A DNA stretch of 64,000 nt from Bacillota bacterium (GTDB lineage Bacteria > Bacillota > Clostridia > Peptostreptococcales > Anaerovoracaceae): NCBI GenBank assembly GCA_022764365.1, contig JALERA010000045.1, forward strand, positions 12,515 through 76,514. Direction: 5' to 3'. The notes beneath the pieces are model-generated. The model made no database searches. It saw nothing but the letters and a program-made list of their open reading frames with translations, and had not been told where the DNA came from. Position numbers and translations under genes: made by a program. The stretch's first letter is position 1. Each line of letters opens with the position of its first letter. Shown piece by piece: positions 56,471-64,000 of this stretch.

Positions 56471-57583
56471 ATGAAGAAATTTACTACGAATTTGAACAAC
56501 ACAAGCAAGCAGAATATGATAACCTATGGCATCGTCCTTGCGTTCTTTGTATTTTGCGTTATATACAGCGGACTGCCGGGAGGCTCCAGCCTGATTAAAG
56601 GACTTTTCGTTCCGATTTGCGCCTATGTAATCATGGCAGTTTCCCTGAACCTTACCGTTGGAATCCTCGGCGAACTCAGCTTGGGACATGCAGGTTTCAT
56701 GTGCCTGGGAGCTTTCGTCGGAAGCACATTCAGCATGCTGACGCAGGAAAGCCTGACGTCCGTATGGATCAGGTTTCCGCTTGCGATTTTGCTGGGCGGA
56801 CTGGTTGCGGCCGTTGCCGGAGTTTTAATCGGTATCCCGGTTCTCAGACTCAGAGGCGACTACCTTGCAATCGTTACGCTGGCATTCGGAGAGATCATCA
56901 AAAACATCGTAAACAATGTTTACCTTGTAAAAGATGCGGCGGGAGTTCATTTTGCAATCGGCGTTGATGCTTTCAACAACATGGAAATCGATGACCTCAC
57001 GTCCGAAAACATCATAAACGGTGCCATGGGAATCACCGGTGCACCACGGGATTCAAACTATATCGTTGGATTTATACTCGTTGCCATAACATTGGTTGTA
57101 ATCCTGAATCTGGTTCAGTCAAGAGCCGGCAGAGCTATCATGGCAATCAGAGACAACCGCATTGCAGCAGAGTCCATCGGTATCAACATAACGAAGTACA
57201 AAATCATTGCGTTCTCGATTTCCGCGATGTTTGCAGGTATGGCGGGCGTTCTTTACGGACACAACCTTTCCAGCCTTGTAGCGGTTAAATTCGACTATAA
57301 CTTGTCGATTTTGGTACTGGTATTCGTAGTACTGGGCGGCATCGGAAGCATGAGAGGCTCCATCATCGCAGCGGTAATCCTGACTGCACTTCCGGAACTT
57401 CTCAGAGGCTCGTTCAGCGACTACCGTATGCTCATCTACGCAATCCTCTTGATCGTAATGATGCTTGTAAACAACAACGAAAACATGGCTATGTATAAAG
57501 AAAAATTCAAATCCTGGCTTCCGACTCCGAAAAAAGCAAAGAGCGGCAGCACGGAAAATGCAGATAAGGGGGTGAGCGCATGA
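56471..57583 (+). CDS. livM: Branched-chain amino-acid ABC permease LivM (operon 2)
   Basis: The motifs GILGELSLGHAGFMCLGAF and LRLRGDYLAIVTLAFGEI are present. Confidence 0.9.
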   Translation: MKKFTTNLNNTSKQNMITYGIVLAFFVFCVIYSGLPGGSSLIKGLFVPICAYVIMAVSLNLTVGILGELSLGHAGFMCLGAFVGSTFSMLTQESLTSVWIRFPLAILLGGLVAAVAGVLIGIPVLRLRGDYLAIVTLAFGEIIKNIVNNVYLVKDAAGVHFAIGVDAFNNMEIDDLTSENIINGAMGITGAPRDSNYIVGFILVAITLVVILNLVQSRAGRAIMAIRDNRIAAESIGINITKYKIIAFSISAMFAGMAGVLYGHNLSSLVAVKFDYNLSILVLVFVVLGGIGSMRGSIIAAVILTALPELLRGSFSDYRMLIYAILLIVMMLVNNNENMAMYKEKFKSWLPTPKKAKSGSTENADKGVSA

Positions 57584-58341
57584 CGGCTATGCTTGAAACA
57601 AAGAATCTCGGAATCTCTTTCGGCGGACTGAAAGCAGTTGATGAGCTCACCATGACCATAGAAAAAGGACAGCTTTACGGTCTCATCGGGCCGAACGGAG
57701 CGGGCAAGACCACGGCCTTCAACCTGCTCACGGGTGTATACAAACCGACGGAGGGAAATTTTTTCCTTGACGGAGAAAAACTCACCGGAAAGAACACGAT
57801 CGAGATAAATAAGAAGGGAATCGCAAGAACTTTCCAAAATATAAGGCTGTTCCGACAACTTTCGGTACTTGACAATGTTAAGCTTGGGCTTCACAATGAT
57901 TATAAGTACTCTGCAGCGGCGGGCATCTTCCGTCTGCCTGCGTACTTCAAAACCGAAAAGGCTATGAACGAAAAAGCCGAAGAACTTCTTGAAGTATTCG
58001 GTCTTGCGGACGCGAAAGATTTTCTTGCTTCGAATCTGCCTTACGGCAAGCAGAGAAAGCTGGAAATCGCCAGAGCGCTTGCAACATCGCCGAAGCTTCT
58101 GCTTTTGGACGAACCGGCAGCGGGCATGAACCCGAACGAGACGCAGGAACTTATGGATACGATTGAATTCGTAAGAGCCAACTTCGACATGACGGTTCTG
58201 CTCATCGAGCATGACATGAGGCTGGTAGCGGGTATTTGCGAAGAACTTACGGTTCTCAACTTCGGAACCGTGCTTGCACAAGGCAAGACCAAAGATGTTC
58301 TCAGCAATCCTGAAGTTATTAAGGCATATTTGGGCGAGTAA
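57580..58341 (+). CDS. livG: Branched-chain amino-acid ABC ATPase LivG (operon 2)
   Basis: The motifs GPNGAGKTT, LPYGKQRKLEIARAL and LLLDEP are present. Confidence 0.9.
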   Translation: MTAMLETKNLGISFGGLKAVDELTMTIEKGQLYGLIGPNGAGKTTAFNLLTGVYKPTEGNFFLDGEKLTGKNTIEINKKGIARTFQNIRLFRQLSVLDNVKLGLHNDYKYSAAAGIFRLPAYFKTEKAMNEKAEELLEVFGLADAKDFLASNLPYGKQRKLEIARALATSPKLLLLDEPAAGMNPNETQELMDTIEFVRANFDMTVLLIEHDMRLVAGICEELTVLNFGTVLAQGKTKDVLSNPEVIKAYLGE

Positions 58342-58354
58342 GGAGGGCGCGCAT

Positions 58355-59065
58355 ATGGCAATGTTAGAAATCAGAGACTTGGAAGTTAATTATGGCGCCA
58401 TCAACGCCATCAAAAAGATTTCCTTTGACGTAAACGAGGGCGAAGTTATCGCACTCATAGGTGCCAACGGAGCAGGGAAAACCACGACTCTGCACACGAT
58501 TACGGGCCTTTTGAAGGCAAAATCGGGCAGCGTGAAATTCGAAGGCAGGGAACTCACTAAAATGCCGCCGCACAAAATCGTCAAGATGGGCATGGCACAC
58601 GTTCCGGAAGGCAGACGAATCTTTCAGCAGCTTTCGGTATACAAAAACCTGGATTTGGGTGCATACAGCCGCAGCGACCGCAAGGAATATGCCGAAAATT
58701 TGGAAATGGTATACGAGAAATTCCCGCGCCTGAAGGAAAGAAAAAACCAGATTGCGGGTACTTTGTCGGGCGGCGAGCAGCAGATGCTTGCAATGGGCAG
58801 GGCACTTATGTCAAGCCCGAAGATCATTCTTATGGACGAACCGTCAATGGGGCTTTCGCCTTTGTTTGTCGGAGAAGTTTTTAAGATTATCGAAGAAATC
58901 AAGAAGACGGGTACGACGGTTCTGCTTGTAGAGCAGAATGCGAAAAAGGCTCTCGAAGTTGCCGACAGGGCTTATGTACTTGAAACAGGCAAAATCGTTC
59001 TCAGCGGGGATGCAAAGGATTTGATGAACAACGAAGCAGTTAAGAAAGCCTACTTGGGAGAGTAG
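58355..59065 (+). CDS. livF: Branched-chain amino-acid ABC ATPase LivF (operon 2)
   Basis: The motifs GANGAGKTT and LSGGEQQMLAMGRAL are present. ATG 58355 follows the RBS AAGGAGG. Confidence 0.9.
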   Translation: MAMLEIRDLEVNYGAINAIKKISFDVNEGEVIALIGANGAGKTTTLHTITGLLKAKSGSVKFEGRELTKMPPHKIVKMGMAHVPEGRRIFQQLSVYKNLDLGAYSRSDRKEYAENLEMVYEKFPRLKERKNQIAGTLSGGEQQMLAMGRALMSSPKIILMDEPSMGLSPLFVGEVFKIIEEIKKTGTTVLLVEQNAKKALEVADRAYVLETGKIVLSGDAKDLMNNEAVKKAYLGE

Positions 59066-59082
59066 CGGATTAGGAGAATGGT

Positions 59083-59694
59083 ATGGAAAAATTTATTATC
59101 ACAATTGCGCGTGAATACGGAAGCGGCGGCAGAGGCATAGCGCACAGGCTTGCCGAAACGCTGGGCATTCGATATTATGACAAGGAGCTGATTCGCATGG
59201 CTTCGGAAGACAGCGGAATCAGCGAGGCCCTGTTCAACCTCACCGACGAAAAGCTTGAAGACAAATTCCTCCGCAAGCACGGAATTTCGAAAGGCACTCT
59301 GGTAGCACAGCCGCAGCCGGACCGCCTGACGAAAGAGGAACTTTTCCGTTTCCAGTCTGAAATCATCAAAAGACTGGCAGAAAAGGACGAGTCCTGCATC
59401 ATCATCGGAAGATGCGGACAGTATATTTTGAAGGACAGACCTGACCTTGTGAGAGTGTTCATTCACGCCGATAAGGATTACTGCGTTGACAAACTGATGG
59501 CAAGATACGGCATCGAACGCGCGGAGGCAGCGGCGCTCCGCGAGAAAACGGACAAAAACCGTGAAGCGTATCATAAACATTACACCGGCACCGAGTGGCG
59601 CGATGTAAGAAACTACGATTTGTCGCTTGACATGTCCCGTCTTACGCAGGATGAATGTATCCGTATCATCACCGAATACATAAAGGCCAGATAA
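59083..59694 (+). CDS. Cytidylate-kinase-like family protein (P-loop)
   Basis: The N-terminus IITIAREYGSGGRGIAHRLAETLGIRYYDKELI is typical of the cmk-like family. Confidence 0.8.
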   Translation: MEKFIITIAREYGSGGRGIAHRLAETLGIRYYDKELIRMASEDSGISEALFNLTDEKLEDKFLRKHGISKGTLVAQPQPDRLTKEELFRFQSEIIKRLAEKDESCIIIGRCGQYILKDRPDLVRVFIHADKDYCVDKLMARYGIERAEAAALREKTDKNREAYHKHYTGTEWRDVRNYDLSLDMSRLTQDECIRIITEYIKAR

Positions 59695-59705
59695 TATTTT
59701 TCATG

Positions 59706-59742
59706 AAAAACGCCCTGAAGCGAAAAGCCCCGGGGCGTTTTT
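59706..59742. terminator. Bidirectional terminator between the cmk-like gene and corA
   Basis: The arms aaacgccc and gggcgttt flank a 17-nt loop, with A- and T-runs on either side. Confidence 0.55.
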
Positions 59743-59754
59743 GTGCGTCGTGCA

Positions 59755-60612
59755 TTATTTGAACCATTTTTTCTTCTTGAAGAGCAGGATTTCGATGAGC
59801 ACCACAACGGCGGAAAAAACCGCCACGCAGCCGTAGGCATACGGGTGCGAAAGTTCAGGCATATTGCGGAAGTTCATTCCGTACCAGCCGGTAATCAGCG
59901 TCAGCGGCATGAAAATCGTCGTGATAATCGTGAGAAGCTGCATGATCTGATTCTGCCGGATGTCAATGCGGGACTGCCGCAATTCGCGCAGCTGGATCGA
60001 ATATTCTTTGAGGCTTGCAACCAGTGCGCCGAGCCTCTTTATCTTGTTGTCGTAAATTTCCGGGAGCGGCTTGGCCTTCGTGTGCTGCTCCGCCGCCCAC
60101 TGCTGAATCGTGTCGCTTGCGTCGGAGAGCTGGTCGTAGTACATGCCGAGCGCAGAGAGATCCTTTCGCATTGCAAGGATTGTTTTCTCAAAATCCACAT
60201 CGTCGTCATCCTTCTCTCCCGTTATGATGTCTTCAAGGTCTTCCAGATCGTCCTCGTAACTCTGAAGAAAAAGCATATCGTCCTTAATCAGGTACTCCAT
60301 GAGATCGTAGAGAAGCGAAATCGGCGAATCACCGGCATGCGGTTCTGCGGTTTCCAGCGCAGCAAGGAGTGTTGAAACATAGTCCGTATCGTCGATAAAG
60401 ACAAGCTGTCCCTTTGCGATGCAGTAACCGAAAATCTGCTTTTCAAGGGAAACTTCGGGCTTTTTCGGAACGGCAAAAGTGCCGGCAAGGGCATCGCCGA
60501 CGACCTCCGCCTTGCAGAACGGATGACGGATGCTGTTGTACGAAAAACATCTTTTGTATATTTCCGGGTATGCCGCCTCAAAACGGCCGACGGTTAAAAT
60601 TTCATATTTCAT
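59755..60612 (-). CDS. corA: CorA-family magnesium/cobalt transporter
   Basis: The C-terminal LTIITTIFMPLTLITGWYGMNFRNMPEL carries the GMN motif, and two TM helices are present. Confidence 0.85.
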   Translation of the reverse strand: MKYEILTVGRFEAAYPEIYKRCFSYNSIRHPFCKAEVVGDALAGTFAVPKKPEVSLEKQIFGYCIAKGQLVFIDDTDYVSTLLAALETAEPHAGDSPISLLYDLMEYLIKDDMLFLQSYEDDLEDLEDIITGEKDDDDVDFEKTILAMRKDLSALGMYYDQLSDASDTIQQWAAEQHTKAKPLPEIYDNKIKRLGALVASLKEYSIQLRELRQSRIDIRQNQIMQLLTIITTIFMPLTLITGWYGMNFRNMPELSHPYAYGCVAVFSAVVVLIEILLFKKKKWFK

Positions 60613-60684
60613 AAGCGTTCCTTTCTTTCTACGAGAATTATATCATAGGGCAGGAAAAAAGTAAAAAAATTTTCAAAAAAGGTA

Positions 60685-60743
60685 TTGACAATTGAATAGC
60701 CATTCAACTATAATATAGACAACAGTTGAATAAGTGCTCAACT
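60685..60743 (+). promoter_or_regulatory. Promoter with two palindromic operators (probable ArsR/CadC-type repressor sites) for the metal ATPase operon
   Basis: TTGACA, an 18-nt spacer, then TATAAT. The palindrome TTGAATAGCCATTCAA (60692-60707) fills the spacer, and AGTTGA-N8-TCAACT lies at 60724-60743. Confidence 0.6.
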
Positions 60744-60786
60744 TTATGGAAATGATAAATATCATATAGAATGGGAGAACACGAAA

Positions 60787-61008
60787 ATGAAAAAGACATA
60801 TTTACTTGAAGGGCTTGATTGTGCAAACTGTGCAGCAGAGGTTGAAAGAAACGTAGCAAAGCTCGACGGCGTAAACAGCGCTTCCGTAAACTTTCTTACT
60901 TTGAAGATGGTTTTGGATGTTGAGGAAGAAAATTTTGACGAAACATATAAGAAGATTGCAAAGACAGTAAAGAAGACAGAACCTGACGTAGAAATCAAGG
61001 AGCTCTAA
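60787..61008 (+). CDS. Heavy-metal-associated (HMA) domain metallochaperone-like protein
   Basis: The 73-aa product contains LEGLDCANCAAEVERNV (CxxC). Confidence 0.85.
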   Translation: MKKTYLLEGLDCANCAAEVERNVAKLDGVNSASVNFLTLKMVLDVEEENFDETYKKIAKTVKKTEPDVEIKEL

Positions 61009-61033
61009 ATTTTTTAGAAGGGAGAGGCTTGAG

Positions 61034-62941
61034 ATGAAGAAGACGATAATCAGACTTGCGGTCGGAGCGGTTTTATTCGCGATTGCGATTATGGTTCCGG
61101 CGGAGCCGTATCTTTTGAAGCTTGCGGTTTATCTCGCAGCTTATCTGGAAATCGGATATAAAGTACTGTGGAAGGCGATTCGCAACATCAGCCGAGGCAA
61201 AGTGTTCGACGAGAACTTTCTGATGGCGGTTGCTTCGGTCGGAGCCTTCGCAACAGGGGAACTTCCGGAAGCGGTTGCGGTTATGCTTTTCTATCAGATT
61301 GGGGAACTTTTTGAGGATTATGCGGTCGGCAAATCCAGAAAATCCATTACGGAACTTATGAACATCCGTCCGGATTATGCGAATTTGAAGCTGGAAAGCG
61401 GTGACACGAAGAAAGTCGATCCGGATGAAGTCAAAATCGGCGATGTCATCGTCGTAAGACCGGGCGAAAAGGTCCCGCTTGACGGTATCGTTCTCAGCGG
61501 CTCATCAATGCTTGACACCGCAGCGCTGACAGGAGAATCCGTTCCGCGCAGCGTGCGCGAGGGTGAGGAGATTCTGAGCGGCTGCATCAATCAGAGCGGC
61601 TTGCTTGAAGTGAAGGTAACCAAGGCATTCGGTGAATCAACGGTCAGCAAAATCCTCGAACTGGTCGAAAACGCGAGCAGCCAGAAGGCGCGCATGGAAA
61701 ACTTCATCACGCGTTTTGCAGCGGTATACACTCCGGCGGTTGTAGGTGCGGCAGTTGTTCTTGCACTTCTTCCTCCGATTCTCATCGGAAGCGGCGTGGT
61801 AGGCAGTGCGCCGGGCTTCACGGGTGCTTTGTTTAAGGACTGGGTTTACAGAGCTCTGAACTTCCTCGTAGTATCCTGTCCGTGCGCTTTGGTAATTTCG
61901 GTTCCTCTGAGTTTCTTCGGCGGAATCGGCGGTGCATCCAAAATCGGCCTGCTCGTAAAAGGCAGCAACTATCTGGAAGCTGCAGCTCATACAGAGTTTG
62001 TTGTCATGGACAAAACCGGCACGCTCACAAAGGGTGTTTTCAAGGTTGAAAGCGTAAAAACGGCGGGCGATATGCCGGAGGATGAAATTCTCCGCTATGC
62101 GGCATATGCGGAAGCAAACTCGAGCCACCCGATTTCGGTATCGCTCAGAGAAGAATATGCAGCACGCATGACTGCGGCTGCGGGCAATGCGTCCGGGCTG
62201 ATTGACAAATCGCAAATAGGCGATGTTACAGAGATTGCAGGCCACGGTGTTCGTGCGATTGTAGGCGGTCACACGGTTCTTGCCGGCAACGCAAAACTTA
62301 TGAAACAGGAAGGCATCCAATATGAAGATTCCGAGGCAGTGGGAACCGTCGTACATGTTGCCGTTGACGGTAAGTACGAGGGCTGTGTAACGATTGCCGA
62401 TCAGATTAAAGACGATGCGGCTGCCGCTATTTCCGGTTTGAAGGAGAGAGGAATCAGAACGGTAATGCTGACAGGCGACAGCAAGGCAGTGGCAGAGAGC
62501 GTCGGCGCAAAACTCGGAATCGACGAAGTTCACGCAGAACTTCTTCCGGAAGATAAAGTAAACGAAGTCGAAAAACTTCTTGCTGCAAAATCGCCGAAGG
62601 GCAAGCTCATGTTTGTCGGCGACGGAATCAACGATGCCCCGGTTCTTGCAAGAGCGGACATCGGCGCAGCAATGGGCGGCCTCGGCTCGGATGCGGCAAT
62701 CGAAGCTGCGGATGTTGTTATCATGACCGACGAGCCTTCCAAGCTCCTCAGCCTGATGGACATCGCAAGAAAAACTCTCGGCATCGCAAGACAGAATGTT
62801 GTATTTGCACTCGCCGTTAAATTAATCGTACTGGTACTCAGTGCAATCGGTCTCGTGGACATGTGGGCCGCAGTATTCGCAGATGTCGGCGTATCGGTAA
62901 TCGCCATCATCAACGCAATGCGTGCACTGAAGGTGAAATAG
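61034..62941 (+). CDS. cadA: Heavy-metal-translocating P1B-type ATPase (Cd/Zn/Co type), lacking a fused HMA domain
   Basis: It has TGES, the CPC motif VVSCPCALVIS, the phosphorylation site DKTGTLT, and VGDGINDAP. Confidence 0.92.
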   Translation: MKKTIIRLAVGAVLFAIAIMVPAEPYLLKLAVYLAAYLEIGYKVLWKAIRNISRGKVFDENFLMAVASVGAFATGELPEAVAVMLFYQIGELFEDYAVGKSRKSITELMNIRPDYANLKLESGDTKKVDPDEVKIGDVIVVRPGEKVPLDGIVLSGSSMLDTAALTGESVPRSVREGEEILSGCINQSGLLEVKVTKAFGESTVSKILELVENASSQKARMENFITRFAAVYTPAVVGAAVVLALLPPILIGSGVVGSAPGFTGALFKDWVYRALNFLVVSCPCALVISVPLSFFGGIGGASKIGLLVKGSNYLEAAAHTEFVVMDKTGTLTKGVFKVESVKTAGDMPEDEILRYAAYAEANSSHPISVSLREEYAARMTAAAGNASGLIDKSQIGDVTEIAGHGVRAIVGGHTVLAGNAKLMKQEGIQYEDSEAVGTVVHVAVDGKYEGCVTIADQIKDDAAAAISGLKERGIRTVMLTGDSKAVAESVGAKLGIDEVHAELLPEDKVNEVEKLLAAKSPKGKLMFVGDGINDAPVLARADIGAAMGGLGSDAAIEAADVVIMTDEPSKLLSLMDIARKTLGIARQNVVFALAVKLIVLVLSAIGLVDMWAAVFADVGVSVIAIINAMRALKVK

Positions 62942-63044
62942 ACGGCGGTGTCGAAACATGTCGAAAGTTGGATTTTTCGACGATCATAAAAAGAAGAAAA
63001 GTTGGCTTTTTCAGAATGAGCTTCCGAAAGGGCCAACTTTTATA

Positions 63045-63389
63045 TTAGTTATGTGCGTCGTGGCAGCAAGAGCAGGTGCATCCCGCCGCGTGGTTTTTGT
63101 GCGTGATATGCACGAAAGCAATGTCGAGCATATCAATGACGTGTTGGTCGTCGAGAGAGTAGAAGATATTTTTGCCCGCCCGGCGGCTTTTTACGAGGTC
63201 GTCATCCTTGAGCAGCTTGAGCTGGTGGGAAACCGCTGACTTTGTCATGTCAACAGCCTCTGCGATGTCGTTGACGCAGACCTCGCTGTCAGCTATCGTG
63301 CAAAGAATTTTCATCCTCGTTTCATCGCCGAGCACCTTAAAAAATGCTGCGGCACTTCCTATTAACTCTTTTGAAATGTGGTTCATCAT
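63045..63389 (-). CDS. ArsR/SmtB-family metalloregulator
   Basis: The motifs FKVLGDETRMKILCTI and ELCVNDIAEAVDMTKSAVSHQLKLLK are present. The C-terminal tail is Cys/His-rich (HAAGCTCSCCHDAHN). Confidence 0.85.
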   Translation of the reverse strand: MMNHISKELIGSAAAFFKVLGDETRMKILCTIADSEVCVNDIAEAVDMTKSAVSHQLKLLKDDDLVKSRRAGKNIFYSLDDQHVIDMLDIAFVHITHKNHAAGCTCSCCHDAHN

Positions 63390-63408
63390 TGTAATCTACC
63401 GGCTTTCC

Positions 63409-64000
63409 TTATTTTCCTCTTTCATAATACAGCTTCATTTCCCCGTCAGGCACCATGCTTCCGCCGGTTGCCCATAAGATGTGGGAGGCATTTTGCATTT
63501 TGTCCGTAAGCCCTTTTGCCTTGAGGTATTCTGCAGCGGAGGATACGAGTGCGGGACCGGTGAACGAAGCGCAGGAAGACGGCTCTATGTAGATTTTTTC
63601 CCTATCGGCAAGCTGCGCCAGGAACGGATAAAGTTTCTCGTCGTCAATCGTGTAGCAGCCGTCCAGAAGTGTCTGCATAAAGGAAGACACAAGATATGAG
63701 GCTCTGCCAACCGCAAGACCGTCCGCATCGGTAATTCCGTCAATTCCGATGTCGCGGCACGAAATTCCGTCGTGAAGTCCCGTGATGAGACCAAGGGTCA
63801 TGCAAGGCGCATGTGTCGGCTCTGCAAAAAATACATGCACATTATCGCCGTAAATCTGCTTGAGTCCAAATGTAACGCCACCCGGAGCTCCGCCGACTCC
63901 GCACGGAATGTACACAAAGAGCGGATGCTCTTCGTCAACAGTGATTCCGGCGTCCTTAAACTGCGTGCCGATTCTGAGAGCGGCAACCGCATAACCGAGG
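63409..64000 (-). CDS. dsdA: D-serine ammonia-lyase, C-terminal part (5' end outside the window)
   Basis: The frame is open to the window edge, reading ...[47 protein letters not shown], a DsdA signature. Confidence 0.85.
   Translation of the reverse strand, partial: LGYAVAALRIGTQFKDAGITVDEEHPLFVYIPCGVGGAPGGVTFGLKQIYGDNVHVFFAEPTHAPCMTLGLITGLHDGISCRDIGIDGITDADGLAVGRASYLVSSFMQTLLDGCYTIDDEKLYPFLAQLADREKIYIEPSSCASFTGPALVSSAAEYLKAKGLTDKMQNASHILWATGGSMVPDGEMKLYYERGK

Overview
This looks like a chromosomal segment from a spore-forming anaerobic Firmicute. The Clostridia-like markers are cotJABC, cwlJ/gerQ, reverse rubrerythrin, a 2x[4Fe-4S] ferredoxin, Rex and CIRCE-groESL. Most of the window is densely packed housekeeping DNA. 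It carries tilS(partial)-ftsH, dus, the tsaE-tsaB-rimI-tsaD operon, an ABC-F ATPase, acpP, cysK plus an Rrf2 regulator, a pssA/psd lipid cluster and an aroE-aroK fusion. It also carries two paralogous liv-type branched-chain amino-acid ABC operons, a Cd/Zn-type P-type ATPase operon with an ArsR repressor, and a partial dsdA. Three cis-regulatory RNA or DNA elements that the ORF track cannot show are readable: an FMN riboswitch before ribU, a tandem glycine riboswitch before an alanine/glycine:cation symporter, and CIRCE before groES. The one region that does not behave like ordinary core genome is about 48.8-52.6 kb. It is a visibly GC-rich island, poor in stop codons and full of repeats, with three different tandem minisatellites. 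A module of roughly 350-390 bp is duplicated in direct orientation around an orphan PD-(D/E)xK (TnsA-N-like) gene. The island sits between a MerR/GyrI-type regulator and a textbook MerR-type promoter (19-bp spacer with palindrome) in front of a MATE pump. Short exact motifs from this island recur 38 kb away, next to a truncated Rpn/PDDEXK_2 gene. Other candidates for follow-up are an Ile/Leu/Val-rich mini-ORF with its own promoter and terminator upstream of the second liv operon, a P-loop-Asp23 fusion protein, and a DUF1538 permease paired with a tandem P-II-like protein. No rRNA, tRNA or CRISPR array was seen. All calls come from reading the sequence and ORF translations only; no database search was possible.
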